This document shows positions 29,243-39,505 of a stretch of 64,000 nt of DNA, in pieces. Position 1 is the first letter of the stretch; each line of letters opens with the position of its first letter. The notes beneath the pieces were generated by a model, which was given only the letters and a program-made list of their open reading frames with translations, did no database searches and was not told the origin of the DNA. The position numbers were made by a program, and so were the translations under genes. The DNA is from Dehalococcoidia bacterium (GTDB lineage: Bacteria > Chloroflexota > Dehalococcoidia > Plut-88900), in contig CBDBLV010000005.1 in NCBI GenBank assembly GCA_965207225.1, positions 1,888,001-1,952,000 of the forward strand, written 5' to 3'.

Positions 29243-29938
29243 ATGACGACGCCAGACACATTCACCAAAACCGCAGAAGTGCAAGGCGGCTTCCGGCTGC
29301 CCGACCCGCCGCAGCGGGAACCGGATGAGATGACGCAGTACGACCAGCTCTTCAAGTACGGCTACTCCCACGCCCTGGCAGTGCATCTGGGCAACCCGGA
29401 GACCACCCTGGTGGAGGCGGACCGCTGGATAGTCGCCAGGCCGGAGTTCAACAAGGCACGCGCCCGGCGTCCCGACCTCTTGGTGGCCTTTGGTGTTGAT
29501 CCCGAGGTGTATCGCCGGAGCAACGGGTACATCGTCTCGGAGCAGGGGAAGCCGCCGGACTTCGTGCTTGAGGTGGCGTCGGAGAGCACCGGAGCAATGG
29601 ACGTGGGGGCCAAACGGGTGGACTATGCCCGTTTGGGCATACCCGAGTACTGGCGGTTCGACGAGACGGGAGAGTATCACGGGGCGAGGTTGGCCGGTGA
29701 CCGGCTGGTGGAGGGCCGATACGAACCCATACCGATAGAGACCGTGTCCGATGGAGTCCTCCAGGGACACAGTGCCGTGTTGGGCCTGAATCTGCGATGG
29801 TCGGATGGTGAGCTGCTGTTCTACGACCCCGCCACCGGGGAGCCCATCGCCACCTTTGAGCGTGAACGAGCCCGCGTCGAGGCTGCTGAAGCCCGAGTCC
29901 GGGAGTTGGAGGAGCGGCTCCGTAGCCAGGGAGCGTAG
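29243..29938 (+). CDS. Uma2/DUF820-family PD-(D/E)XK endonuclease-like protein
   Basis: RPDLLVAF, PPDFVLEVAS, KRVDYARLGIPEYWRFD; C-terminal AEARVRELE coil. Confidence 0.9.
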   Translation: MTTPDTFTKTAEVQGGFRLPDPPQREPDEMTQYDQLFKYGYSHALAVHLGNPETTLVEADRWIVARPEFNKARARRPDLLVAFGVDPEVYRRSNGYIVSEQGKPPDFVLEVASESTGAMDVGAKRVDYARLGIPEYWRFDETGEYHGARLAGDRLVEGRYEPIPIETVSDGVLQGHSAVLGLNLRWSDGELLFYDPATGEPIATFERERARVEAAEARVRELEERLRSQGA

Positions 29939-30111
29939 CCTCACTGCCGGATCAGTAGGGCAAGGAGCAACAACACCGACCTTAAGGTTATCGAATGAGC
30001 GGATTGGCAGTCCAACTCACCCAAATTGCGGTCGCATCGGCTACCTTGTCTTGGGTCTTGCCCAAGACATTGGGGCGTAACCCTCGCCGCAGGCCTTTGA
30101 AAGCCTTGGAG

Positions 30112-30124
30112 CCCCCCCCCCCCC
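30112..30124 (+). repeat. C13 homopolymer upstream of the adhesin gene
   Basis: 13 consecutive C, 41 bp before ATG 30165. Confidence 0.9.
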
Positions 30125-30164
30125 GCCTAATAGCTATTCTGTTTCCGGCCTGCGCGATGATGAC

Positions 30165-33100
30165 ATGATGAGCCGCGCCGCCGGGTTCCGACGCCTGCTC
30201 TCCTTCCGTTCCTTGCTGGCCGTGGCCGCGGTGTCGGCGCTGCTCCTGACCCTGCTCCATGCGCAGCAGGCGCAGGCCCAGTCCGGCGACCTGAGTCTCG
30301 CCGTGACCGAGCGCAGCGAAAGCAGCCTGACGGTGCAGTGGAGCCAGCTTGAAGACGTGGTTACCTATACCGTCATCCTCCTCGGGGGTGACGAGTTCCA
30401 GGTGCACACCGCCTCACCCGGAGAGGACACCTACGTCTTCACCGGCTTGCAGGCTGACTTCCAGTACGAGCTGAGCGTCAGTGCCTTCCGCAGCGACGCC
30501 ACCAGTGCCGGCGAGGTTCAGATCAGGGCGCGCACACTGCCGCCCATCAAGCCAGAGCCGACGCCGGTGGTGGAGCCCGAGATCGTCCCCCAAGTAAGCG
30601 TGACGGCTGGCCCTGAAGTTACCGAGGGCAGCGACGCCGTATTCACGATAACGGCAGACCCGGTGCCTGCCGGTGACATCACTGTGGAGCTGACTATCAC
30701 TGCCGGCGGCGACGTGATCGGCGACGGAGAGACCGGCCAACGGACCGTGACTGTTCCGGCCAGCGGATCAGCGACCTACGCCGTGTCCACCGTCGACGAC
30801 GGCGTGGTCGAATCCCCCGGAACCGTTACGGCGACGCTTGTCTCCGCCAGCGGCGGCTACGCCGTCGCGGATGCACCCAACGACGCGGCAACCGTGACGA
30901 TAACCAGCGAAGACTGGCTCCTCCGCACTCCCACGATCAACTTGGCCCGGCCTAGCCCCGGCATTACTGAATATATACCAACCGACTTTGTGCTGCACGT
31001 ATTCCCTGCACCGGACAAGCCGCTGCTGATCAACGTGAGATTGTCGCAGGAGAACGATTTCTACGATCCCGTGGACCTGGGGCTGAAACAGCTCCTAATT
31101 CCGGCCAAACATCACTCCCTGGTGCATAAGATCACTCCGATTGACGACAGCGTGGCCGAGCCCGACGGCAGCATCACCCTGGAGCTGCTGCCGGGAGCGG
31201 GATATCAGCTGGGCCCTTACAAGTCCACCACGGAAGTGATCATCGATAGAGACCTGACCGAGGAGGAGCGGAAGAACTACACTCCGGAAATCCAGGTCGT
31301 CGGGACGGTCGTCACGGGGGGAAGCTACGAAGGCAGCGATTACCGGTTCAGGTTCACGTCGAAAAGATCCCTGTCCAGTCCGCTCCCCATCACCGTTGAG
31401 ATCAGCCAGATTGGTGATTTCGTGACGCCGGAACACCTGGGCAAGCGCCAGTTGACCATTCCCGCCGCCCCTTCACACGCCTACTTGATCGTCCCCACGG
31501 TGGACGACCAAGTTGACGAGCCGAACGGCCGGGTGGTGGCACGGGTTCTGCCCGGCGACGGCTACGTGGCAGCTGGGTGGTACGACGGAGAGGAACACAG
31601 CGGGAGTGACTACGGCAGCCAGTGGATCCAGGACAATGACGAGGTGGAATTCACCCTCGCCACTGGGACGGACATCAGCGAGGGCGGCGAGGCGGAGTTC
31701 ACCATTAGCGCCTCGGAGTCGTCGCCGGCCCGAACGGAAACCATCAAGGCCCTCGTCAGCCAGAACGGCGACTTCGTGGGCGCGTCCAACGACCTGGGCC
31801 TGCGTACCCTCACCATCACCACCGGGCAGTCCATCACGCTGCGCGTAGCCACCGACGACGACAGTGCCGATGAAGCCGACGGCTGGGTGAGCCTGTCCAT
31901 CGAAGGCGCTACGGCGCAGGTCGTCGTATCCGACGACGACGGCGGACAGGTCGCGCAGGTCGGGGATTGCGCAGCCGATGTGTCCACCACCTGCACAGCG
32001 CGCGTAGACGGCAAGGTAGGCGGCGTTTTGGATTCCGGCCTCGACGAAGACTGGCACGGCGTCAGCCTGACCGCAGGCCGGACCTACTGGATGAAGGCGT
32101 GGGGGTTTGAAGCGGGGGTGTTCTGCATACACGACGCCTGGGGCGATTGCACGCAAGAGCGCTGGGGCTACTTGGACGATGGCTTCGTTTTCACGCCAGA
32201 GAAGAGCGGGACCTGGTTCATCGGAGTCCGACCATCGGGAGTTATAGGGCAATGGCCCCCGACCCCGAATCAGACTGTCCCGCCCGGGTTGCTGGAAGTG
32301 GAACTGCAATCGCTAGCCGAAATCGCGGAATATGAGAAAGCCTACGTGCTGGAAGTGGCCACCGTCGCCGACGATTACCCCGCCGACGCGACCACCACCG
32401 GTCAATTGAGCGCCGACGGCAGCGCGGCCACCGGCCGCAATGAAACCCGCGTGGACGTGGACTGGTTCCGGGTCAGCCTGAGCACCGGCGTAGAATATTA
32501 CATCTACGCCGATTCGACGCTGACCAAGTCGGGACTGGCGCACCCGCTCCACGCCAGGGTCGAAGGGGTGTACGACGCCGACGGCAACCGCGTCGCCAGC
32601 GGCGTAGAATCCCCACTGGCGGCGACGGCCCCGGACGCTGTCGTAACTCCGGACGCCGATGGTACCTACTACGTCGCCGTCACGGGCAACTTGTACAACT
32701 ACCGACTTGCCCGGCATCCTGCCGCGGACACGGGCGAAAGACCTTTTATCGATACCCCCTATTCTCCTGGCAGTAGTTTCACTGCATCCATCGAGTACGC
32801 AACCTGCCTGCTGACTGCTCTCGACTGTTATGATAGTTTCTGGGGATTAAGTTTGGGCAACGGGGTTGAATCCTCGGATTGGCACAATGGCGGTGTCCCC
32901 TACCAGCTGTCCGTAGTCACTGGGGAGGACGACTACGCGGACCACCGGGACACGACCGCCAGCGTCGCGGTCGGTGGGTCGTTGACCGGAGCCATCGACT
33001 ACCCGGGCGACGTGGACTGGGTCGCGGTCACGCTCCCGCCTGGCAGCCTGTATGAATTCAAGGTTGAGGGTGTTGCCGCCAACGGCAAAGCGACTTTGCC

Positions 33101-36100
33101 GGATCCCCATTTCACGGATTTGCTTTACGCGGCGGGTGGGCGCTTCCGTGGTATGCGCAGCGCGGTATGGCGTTGGTCGCAGCATGACGTCGGGAAACCG
33201 GTGGATGTCGTAAACACGGACGATATGGGCTGGCACCGGCCCCCTGCGAGCCGCCTGTTCTTCCCCGGTTATGAGAACATCTATTTCATCGGCGTGACCT
33301 CGGCGGAAAACCGCGAAGGTGTTCTGGATACCGGCGCCTACCGGGTTAGCGTATCCATCGTCCCGCAGGACCCGGAGGGAGACGACAACTCCACGACCAG
33401 CGCCCTGACCGTTGATGGCGGAGCCGTCGAAGCGCATATCGATTCCGGCGGAGACGTGGATTGGTTCGCCGTCCAGCTCGAGGCCAGCCGCAACTATATG
33501 CTCGGGGTATCCGTGCACTGCCCGTACACGGACTGCGGTTGGGCCAGTGGCACGGACCTTGAGGTAAAGCTGGTTGACGCCAACGGCAAGGCAGTGTTAC
33601 CACCCGGCCTGGGCAGTGACGATGGCATTTATGACGAAAGCCACGAAGGCGTTCAAATTGAGGCCTCGGGCACGTACTATCTCGTGGTCAGGACAGGCTT
33701 TAATTTCCACTGGTCCGGCCAGAAGCTCAAGTACAACGCGTGGGCCAGCCTGCTCCCGGATGATGAGGCGACCGACGACATCCATACCACCGCCGTGTTG
33801 CCGCCGGCCGTAAAGCAGTCCAAGCGGGGGGAAATCCAGTACCCGGGCGACGTTGACTGGTACCGGGTCACGGTGCAGGCCGGTTGGTCCCATACCTTCA
33901 CGGCGGTCTATAATCCCGCCCACCGCGTTGCCTACTACGGAGCTGAGGTCACCCCCAGCCACCGGGTTGACGGACTGTTTGATTCAACTGGCGCGCCGGT
34001 CTATGACAAAGTCTACTTCTACGATGAGCGGGGGATCAAGCAAAAGGCTTACGCGCACACAAAACGGAGCGGCAGAAGCTGGCGGGAGCTCATTTTCGAG
34101 CCGGATGCGGACGGCGCCTATTACGTGGCGGTCTCTGGAAGCCTCGGCCCGTACCAGGTGAGACACCGGTCCGCGGTTGCCGCCGCCGTCCCGGTCCTGT
34201 CCATCACGGCCGACGCAGCGTCGGTCGCCGAGGGCGGCAGCGCGGAGTTCACCCTGACGGCCAACCCTGCCCCCACGTTGGACCTGGCGGTGAGCGTCAC
34301 GGTGTCGGCCAGCGGCGACTACGGGGCAACCACGGGGAAGCGGACGGTGACCGTCAGCACGGGCGGGAAGGCCACGCTGACCGTCGCCACCACCGGGGAC
34401 GACGCCGACGAACCCGACGGTTCGGTGACGGCCACGCTGGATACTCCGGCCACCGACGCCGGCTACAAGGTGTCAGCGGCCCAAGGCGCAGCCACGGTCA
34501 CCGTCTCCGACGACGACGGACCCGCCCTGCCGGTGATCAGCGTGACCTCCGACGGCGACGTGACCGAGGGCTCAGGCGCCAGCTTCACGGTGACGGCCAG
34601 CCCGGCGCCGGCGGCGGACCTGGACGTGAGCGTCACGGTCTCCGCCGACGGCGACTACGGAGCCACGACGGGACAGCGGACGGTGACCATCCCGGCGGCG
34701 GGCTTCGTCACGCTGGCGGTGGCCACCACCGGCGACGACGTTGACGAGGCCGACGGGTCGGTGACGGTCACCATCGACGCTGACCCCGACCAGGACGACT
34801 ACCTGGTGTCCCAGACCCAGGGGGCTGCCACGGTGGCCGTCTCCGACGACGACGCCCCGGCGGGAGCGGACTACACCGACTACCAGACGGTGGTGGACTA
34901 CCTCATCGAGGTGCGGGACAATCCCGAGAACGCGGCCGTGAAGGGGAACCCCGCGCACATAAAGAAGTGGAACCGGGTCCTGGCCGCCGTCGGCTACGAC
35001 AGCGGCGAGTCGGCGATGCCGGCCTCCGAGATCCACGACAACGCGGCGAAGTGGTCGGACAGCCCGTTCCACGCGGCGTCGGTGTACCTGACGAGCCTGG
35101 AGCAGCAGCAGGGCCAGCTGCAACAGCAGACGCCTGAGGTGGGCGTCACCGGCGGCGGGGCCGTGACCGAGGGCGGCGACGCCGTCTTCACGGTGACGGC
35201 GAGCCCGGCCCCGGCCTCCAACCTGGGCGTGAGCGTCACGGTGTCCCAGAGCGGCGACTACGGCGCCACCACGGGCCAGCGCACGGTGACGATACCCACC
35301 ACGGGCAGCGTCACCATCACCGTGGGCACCACGGACGATACTACTGACGAGACCGACGGGTCGGTGACGGCAACGGTGAACGCCGGCAGCGGCTACACGG
35401 TGTCCTCGACCCAGGGGGCGGCCACGGTCGGCGTGGCGGACAACGACGCCGCCCCCACGCCGGTGGTGAGCGTCAGCGCGGGCAGCGGCATCACCGAGGG
35501 CGGCAGCGCAAGCTTCACCGTCAGCGCAAACCCCGCCCCCGCCGCCAACCTCGACGTGAGCCTCACGGTCTCGCAGAGCGGCGACTACGGCGCGACCACG
35601 GGCCAGCGCACGGTGACGATACCCACCACGGGCAGCGTCACCCTCACCGTTGGCACCACCGACGATACTACTGACGAGACCGACGGGTCGGTGACGGCCA
35701 CGGTGAACGCGGGCAGCGGCTACACGGTGTCCTCGTCCCAGGGGGCTGCCACGGTCGGCGTCGCAGACAACGACGACCCGGTCGTTGAGGAGCAGACGGG
35801 CTACACGGTGGACCCGGACGTGATCGCGAAGGTCAGGGAGCTGGCGTCGCAGACGCAGCACGGGACGGCCCACGTGAACCGCTGGAACCGGGTGCTCGTC
35901 GCCTTCGGCGAGCACGACGGCACCGGCGTCACGGGCGGCCCGATGACGGCGGCCGAGGCGCAGGATATGGCGGACAAACACAGCAGCCCGGTGTGGGACG
36001 AGGTGGTTGCCGAGCTGACGGCGCTGGAGGCGGCGTCAACGCAGACGCCACCGCCGCCCACGCCTGAGGTGAGCATCACCGCTGGCAGCGGGGTGACCGA

Positions 36101-37715
36101 GGGCGGCGACGCAACCTTCACGGTGACGGCCAGCCCGGCCCCGGCGGCCAACCTGGACGTGAGCGTCACGGTGTCGCAGAGCGGCGACTACGGCGCGACC
36201 ACGGGCCAGCGCACGGTGACGATACCCACCACGGGCAGCGTCACCCTCACCGTCGGCACCACGGACGACAGTACTGACGAGACCGACGGGTCGGTGACGG
36301 CAACGGTGAACGCCGGCAGCGGCTACACGGTGTCCTCGTCCCAGGGCGCGGCCACGGTGGCCGTGGCCGACAACGACGACGCCCCCACGCCGGTGGTGAG
36401 CGTCAGCGCTGGCAGCGGGGTGACCGAGGGAGGGGACGCAACCTTCACGGTGACGGCCAGCCCGGCGCCTTCGTCGAACTTGGACGTCAGCGTCACGGTG
36501 TCCCAGAGCGGCGACTACGGCGCGACCACGGGCCAGCGCACGGTGACCGTCCCGACTTCGGGCAGCGTCACCCTCACCGTCGGCACCACCGACGATACTA
36601 CTGACGAGACCGACGGCTCGGTGACGGCCACGGTGAACGCGGGCAGCGGCTACACGGTGTCGTCCACCCAGGGCACGGCCACGGTCGGCGTGGCCGACAA
36701 CGACGCCGCCCCCACGCCGGTGGTGAGCGTCACCGCTGGCAGCGGGGTGACCGAGGGCGGCGACGCCACCTTCACGGTGACGGCCAGCCCGGCCCCGGCG
36801 TCCAACCTGGCGGTGAGCGTCACGGTATCGCAGAGCGGCGACTACGGCGCGACCACGGGCCGGCGCACGGTGACCGTCCCCACCACGGGCAGCGTCACCC
36901 TCACCGTCGGCACCACCGACGATACTACTGACGAGACCGACGGCTCGGTGACGGCCACGGTGAACGCGGGCAGCGGCTACACGGTGTCGTCCACCCAGGG
37001 CACGGCCACGGTCGGCGTGGCCGACAACGACGCCGCCCCCACGCCGGTGGTGAGCGTCACCGCTGGCAGCGGGGTGACCGAGGGCGGCGACGCCACCTTC
37101 ACGGTGACGGCCAGCCCGGCCCCGGCGTCCAACCTGGCGGTGAGCGTAACGGTGTCCCAGAGCGGCGACTACGGCGCCACCACGGGCCAGCGGACGGTGA
37201 CGATACCCACCACGGGCAGCGTCACCATCACCGTGGGCACCACCGACGACAGTACGGACGAGACCGACGGCTCGGTCACGGCCACGGTGAACGCGGGCAG
37301 CGGCTACACGGTGTCCTCGTCCCAGGGCGCGGCCACGGTGGCGGTGTCGGACAACGACGCCGCCCCCACGCCGGTGGTGGAGGAGACGGACGAGGCCGTG
37401 CTGGCCGACTGCGGCGACAGCAGGCCCACGGTCCTGATCAACAACCCCACGGCCAGCCGCAGCGACGCGACGGTGGAGTTCGAGGTGAGCCTCGACTGCA
37501 AGCCGAGCGGCTCGGTGACGCTGCTGCTGTCGGTGCTCCGCAACGGCGATATCAGCAGCGATCCGGTCACCTACGCCGCCCTGGACGGCGAGGAAACGTC
37601 CATCACGGTCACGGTGGAGATCAGGGACTCCCAGGAGCTGGGCCTCACCCTGGCGTGGAGCTCGGGCGTGGCGAACCGGACCGAAACGACCGGCAACGTG
37701 GAGTTCACCGACTAG
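30165..37715 (+). CDS. Giant secreted adhesin-like protein (2516 aa): signal peptide, Fn3, Calx-beta-like repeats, PPC-like domains
   Basis: AQA signal cleavage site; Fn3 (W..Y..TGL...Y..SVSA); (V/I)TEG..A.FT..DD..DE.DG repeats; D.DW beta-sandwich repeats. Confidence 0.9.
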   Translation: MMSRAAGFRRLLSFRSLLAVAAVSALLLTLLHAQQAQAQSGDLSLAVTERSESSLTVQWSQLEDVVTYTVILLGGDEFQVHTASPGEDTYVFTGLQADFQYELSVSAFRSDATSAGEVQIRARTLPPIKPEPTPVVEPEIVPQVSVTAGPEVTEGSDAVFTITADPVPAGDITVELTITAGGDVIGDGETGQRTVTVPASGSATYAVSTVDDGVVESPGTVTATLVSASGGYAVADAPNDAATVTITSEDWLLRTPTINLARPSPGITEYIPTDFVLHVFPAPDKPLLINVRLSQENDFYDPVDLGLKQLLIPAKHHSLVHKITPIDDSVAEPDGSITLELLPGAGYQLGPYKSTTEVIIDRDLTEEERKNYTPEIQVVGTVVTGGSYEGSDYRFRFTSKRSLSSPLPITVEISQIGDFVTPEHLGKRQLTIPAAPSHAYLIVPTVDDQVDEPNGRVVARVLPGDGYVAAGWYDGEEHSGSDYGSQWIQDNDEVEFTLATGTDISEGGEAEFTISASESSPARTETIKALVSQNGDFVGASNDLGLRTLTITTGQSITLRVATDDDSADEADGWVSLSIEGATAQVVVSDDDGGQVAQVGDCAADVSTTCTARVDGKVGGVLDSGLDEDWHGVSLTAGRTYWMKAWGFEAGVFCIHDAWGDCTQERWGYLDDGFVFTPEKSGTWFIGVRPSGVIGQWPPTPNQTVPPGLLEVELQSLAEIAEYEKAYVLEVATVADDYPADATTTGQLSADGSAATGRNETRVDVDWFRVSLSTGVEYYIYADSTLTKSGLAHPLHARVEGVYDADGNRVASGVESPLAATAPDAVVTPDADGTYYVAVTGNLYNYRLARHPAADTGERPFIDTPYSPGSSFTASIEYATCLLTALDCYDSFWGLSLGNGVESSDWHNGGVPYQLSVVTGEDDYADHRDTTASVAVGGSLTGAIDYPGDVDWVAVTLPPGSLYEFKVEGVAANGKATLPDPHFTDLLYAAGGRFRGMRSAVWRWSQHDVGKPVDVVNTDDMGWHRPPASRLFFPGYENIYFIGVTSAENREGVLDTGAYRVSVSIVPQDPEGDDNSTTSALTVDGGAVEAHIDSGGDVDWFAVQLEASRNYMLGVSVHCPYTDCGWASGTDLEVKLVDANGKAVLPPGLGSDDGIYDESHEGVQIEASGTYYLVVRTGFNFHWSGQKLKYNAWASLLPDDEATDDIHTTAVLPPAVKQSKRGEIQYPGDVDWYRVTVQAGWSHTFTAVYNPAHRVAYYGAEVTPSHRVDGLFDSTGAPVYDKVYFYDERGIKQKAYAHTKRSGRSWRELIFEPDADGAYYVAVSGSLGPYQVRHRSAVAAAVPVLSITADAASVAEGGSAEFTLTANPAPTLDLAVSVTVSASGDYGATTGKRTVTVSTGGKATLTVATTGDDADEPDGSVTATLDTPATDAGYKVSAAQGAATVTVSDDDGPALPVISVTSDGDVTEGSGASFTVTASPAPAADLDVSVTVSADGDYGATTGQRTVTIPAAGFVTLAVATTGDDVDEADGSVTVTIDADPDQDDYLVSQTQGAATVAVSDDDAPAGADYTDYQTVVDYLIEVRDNPENAAVKGNPAHIKKWNRVLAAVGYDSGESAMPASEIHDNAAKWSDSPFHAASVYLTSLEQQQGQLQQQTPEVGVTGGGAVTEGGDAVFTVTASPAPASNLGVSVTVSQSGDYGATTGQRTVTIPTTGSVTITVGTTDDTTDETDGSVTATVNAGSGYTVSSTQGAATVGVADNDAAPTPVVSVSAGSGITEGGSASFTVSANPAPAANLDVSLTVSQSGDYGATTGQRTVTIPTTGSVTLTVGTTDDTTDETDGSVTATVNAGSGYTVSSSQGAATVGVADNDDPVVEEQTGYTVDPDVIAKVRELASQTQHGTAHVNRWNRVLVAFGEHDGTGVTGGPMTAAEAQDMADKHSSPVWDEVVAELTALEAASTQTPPPPTPEVSITAGSGVTEGGDATFTVTASPAPAANLDVSVTVSQSGDYGATTGQRTVTIPTTGSVTLTVGTTDDSTDETDGSVTATVNAGSGYTVSSSQGAATVAVADNDDAPTPVVSVSAGSGVTEGGDATFTVTASPAPSSNLDVSVTVSQSGDYGATTGQRTVTVPTSGSVTLTVGTTDDTTDETDGSVTATVNAGSGYTVSSTQGTATVGVADNDAAPTPVVSVTAGSGVTEGGDATFTVTASPAPASNLAVSVTVSQSGDYGATTGRRTVTVPTTGSVTLTVGTTDDTTDETDGSVTATVNAGSGYTVSSTQGTATVGVADNDAAPTPVVSVTAGSGVTEGGDATFTVTASPAPASNLAVSVTVSQSGDYGATTGQRTVTIPTTGSVTITVGTTDDSTDETDGSVTATVNAGSGYTVSSSQGAATVAVSDNDAAPTPVVEETDEAVLADCGDSRPTVLINNPTASRSDATVEFEVSLDCKPSGSVTLLLSVLRNGDISSDPVTYAALDGEETSITVTVEIRDSQELGLTLAWSSGVANRTETTGNVEFTD
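35120..37380 (+). repeat. Near-identical ~327-bp (109-aa) intragenic repeats
   Basis: CCCACGCCGGTGGTG recurs at 36384, 36711, 37038, 37365; further unit copies near 35130, 35455 and 36060. Confidence 0.92.
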
Positions 37716-37745
37716 GCCGGGACATACGAATCGGCAAGAGGACAG

Positions 37746-37780
37746 AAGGGGGGCCTGTGGCAATGCCGCAGGCCCCCCTT
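37746..37780. terminator. Hairpin terminator between the convergent adhesin and integrase 2 genes
   Basis: AAGGGGGGCCTGTGGC-AAT-GCCGCAGGCCCCCCTT. Confidence 0.75.
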
Positions 37781-37822
37781 GCTCTAGTTGCGGGGCGGCT
37801 AGGTAATATACTAACGTGGGTG

Positions 37823-39478
37823 TCAGGATCGCCGGAGTGAAGTTGGATCACCCATCCACAATTCGAAAATGGTTCTGCCTATCGTCAACTCAGGCCCACC
37901 AGAGACTCCCATACTGCGAACTTTCCGTCCCAGGGCGACCTCGGCAAGGTCGGCCCCGCCTATGGGAGAGTCCTCCGGGGTGGGGATTGTGTAGTGGATC
38001 GTGGCCCTGCCGGGCCTAACCTCGATCTCGCTGACGAAGGACCGGATGAAGGCCCGTGACTCGGTGATCTCGCTCTCCCTGAGGAACTCGCTCATGTCCT
38101 GGGCGAAGGCGGTGATGGTCTCCACCTTGTCCAGCGTCACCCTTCGCTTCGACAGGACGGCTCTGGCCTCCTCAGCGGCGGCCTCCAGCTTCTCCTTGCG
38201 CTCCCGGAGCTCCTTGATGCGGTCCGTGGCGTCGGACATCTCGATCTCGGTGGTCTCGATGACCTGCCAGATGCGTCCCAGCCGACGCTTCACGTCCTCA
38301 AGCTCCTCGTCGATGACCTTCAGCCGCTTGCGGTGCTCCCGGGCCACACCGTCCATCTCTTCGTCCACCATCTTCACCAGGTCCCGGATGTTGGACTCGA
38401 TGAGGATGTTGTCCCGGATGTTCTCGACGATGAGGCCCTCGAAGCGCTTGGCGTTGAGCCTTGGGGTTTCGCAGGTTCCCCTGCCCTTCTTGAGCAGGGA
38501 ATGGCAGACGTAGTAGGTGTATTTGCCGCCCTTGGCCTCGGCGGCGGTGAGGGCCTTGCGGCACCGCCGGCACTTGACCAGCCCACTCAGCAGGTAGGGG
38601 CTGGAGGCCCGGCGGGGGTGGACGACCTTGGGGGCGCGGGACTTGAGCAGCCGTCTCACCTGCCGGTACTTGCTCTTGGAGACCAGGGCGGGGAACGCCT
38701 TCTCCACCCTGACTGGCTCGGCTTTGTCCTTGGACTTGGTTCCCCACACCAAGACGCCCGTGTAGGCTTCGTTGGTCAGCATGGTGTGGACGGCGCTCTT
38801 GAGCCACTGCTTGCCCCTGGGAGAGGGGACGCCCTCTGCGTTGAGGGTCTTCGTGATGTCCAGGGAGCTTTGGCCCTGGAGGGCCATGTCGAAGACGCGC
38901 TTGACCACGGCGTCGGCGGGCGGGTCGGGCTCCAGCCTGGGGCGCTTCTTGGCCCCGTCCTGGACGTAGACCTTGCGGTAGCCGTAGGGTGCGAAGGTGG
39001 CGACCCAGAAGCCACGTGAGGCCGCCTCCCGCATTCCACGGGAGACCTCCTCTGCAAGATTGGCGCTGTAGAACTCGTCCACGGACTCGATGATGGCCTC
39101 CATGAGCTTGCCGGTGGGGGAGTCGTCGGCGTGTTCGGTGATGGAGACGACGCGGATGCCCCGCCTCCTGAGCATGGACTTGAAGGCGACGGCGTGCTCC
39201 CGCTTGCGGGTGAATCTCGAAAACTTCCAGACCAAAATCTCCTGGAACGGGGCCTCGGGCTTGCCCGCCTCGTCCAGCATCTTCTGGAACTGGGGCCTGT
39301 CTGCGATGCGGCCGCTCTCGGCCTCGTCCACGTACTCCCTTGCGACGACGTAGCCGTTCTTCTGGGCGTAGTCCCTGAGCGCCCGCATCTGGGCGGCCAC
39401 GGACAGGTCCACGTCCTGCCGGTCGCTGGACACCCTGGCGTACAGGGCGACGGGTATCAGGTCAGTTCTCTCGTTCAT
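37823..39478 (-). CDS. Large serine recombinase (integrase 2); C-terminal tail encoded by the right end of island 1
   Basis: Close paralog of integrase 1 (YARVSS, RFTRKREH, Zn ribbon); SD GGAGG. Confidence 0.95.
   Translation of the reverse strand: MNERTDLIPVALYARVSSDRQDVDLSVAAQMRALRDYAQKNGYVVAREYVDEAESGRIADRPQFQKMLDEAGKPEAPFQEILVWKFSRFTRKREHAVAFKSMLRRRGIRVVSITEHADDSPTGKLMEAIIESVDEFYSANLAEEVSRGMREAASRGFWVATFAPYGYRKVYVQDGAKKRPRLEPDPPADAVVKRVFDMALQGQSSLDITKTLNAEGVPSPRGKQWLKSAVHTMLTNEAYTGVLVWGTKSKDKAEPVRVEKAFPALVSKSKYRQVRRLLKSRAPKVVHPRRASSPYLLSGLVKCRRCRKALTAAEAKGGKYTYYVCHSLLKKGRGTCETPRLNAKRFEGLIVENIRDNILIESNIRDLVKMVDEEMDGVAREHRKRLKVIDEELEDVKRRLGRIWQVIETTEIEMSDATDRIKELRERKEKLEAAAEEARAVLSKRRVTLDKVETITAFAQDMSEFLRESEITESRAFIRSFVSEIEVRPGRATIHYTIPTPEDSPIGGADLAEVALGRKVRSMGVSGGPELTIGRTIFELWMGDPTSLRRS
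37893..37901 (+). other. att core 2 (island 1 / island 2 junction)
   Basis: GGCCCACCA with GTTC at -21 and GAAC at +17..+20. Confidence 0.85.
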
Positions 39479-39505
39479 CGGTCTCGTCCTCCTCTCTATG
39501 TTCCT

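Larger units (their letters stand above)
24003..37901. mobile_element. Integrative island 1 (~13.9 kb)
   Basis: Bounded by GGCCCACCA; joined ends give inverted arms GTTCTGCCTATCGTCAA / TTGACGGTAGACAGAAC (15/17). Confidence 0.88.

Noticed and set aside
34572-37763. Long minus-strand ORFs (469 and 575 aa) rich in RHR/GG
   Set aside because: Antisense shadows of the repetitive GC3-rich adhesin gene.
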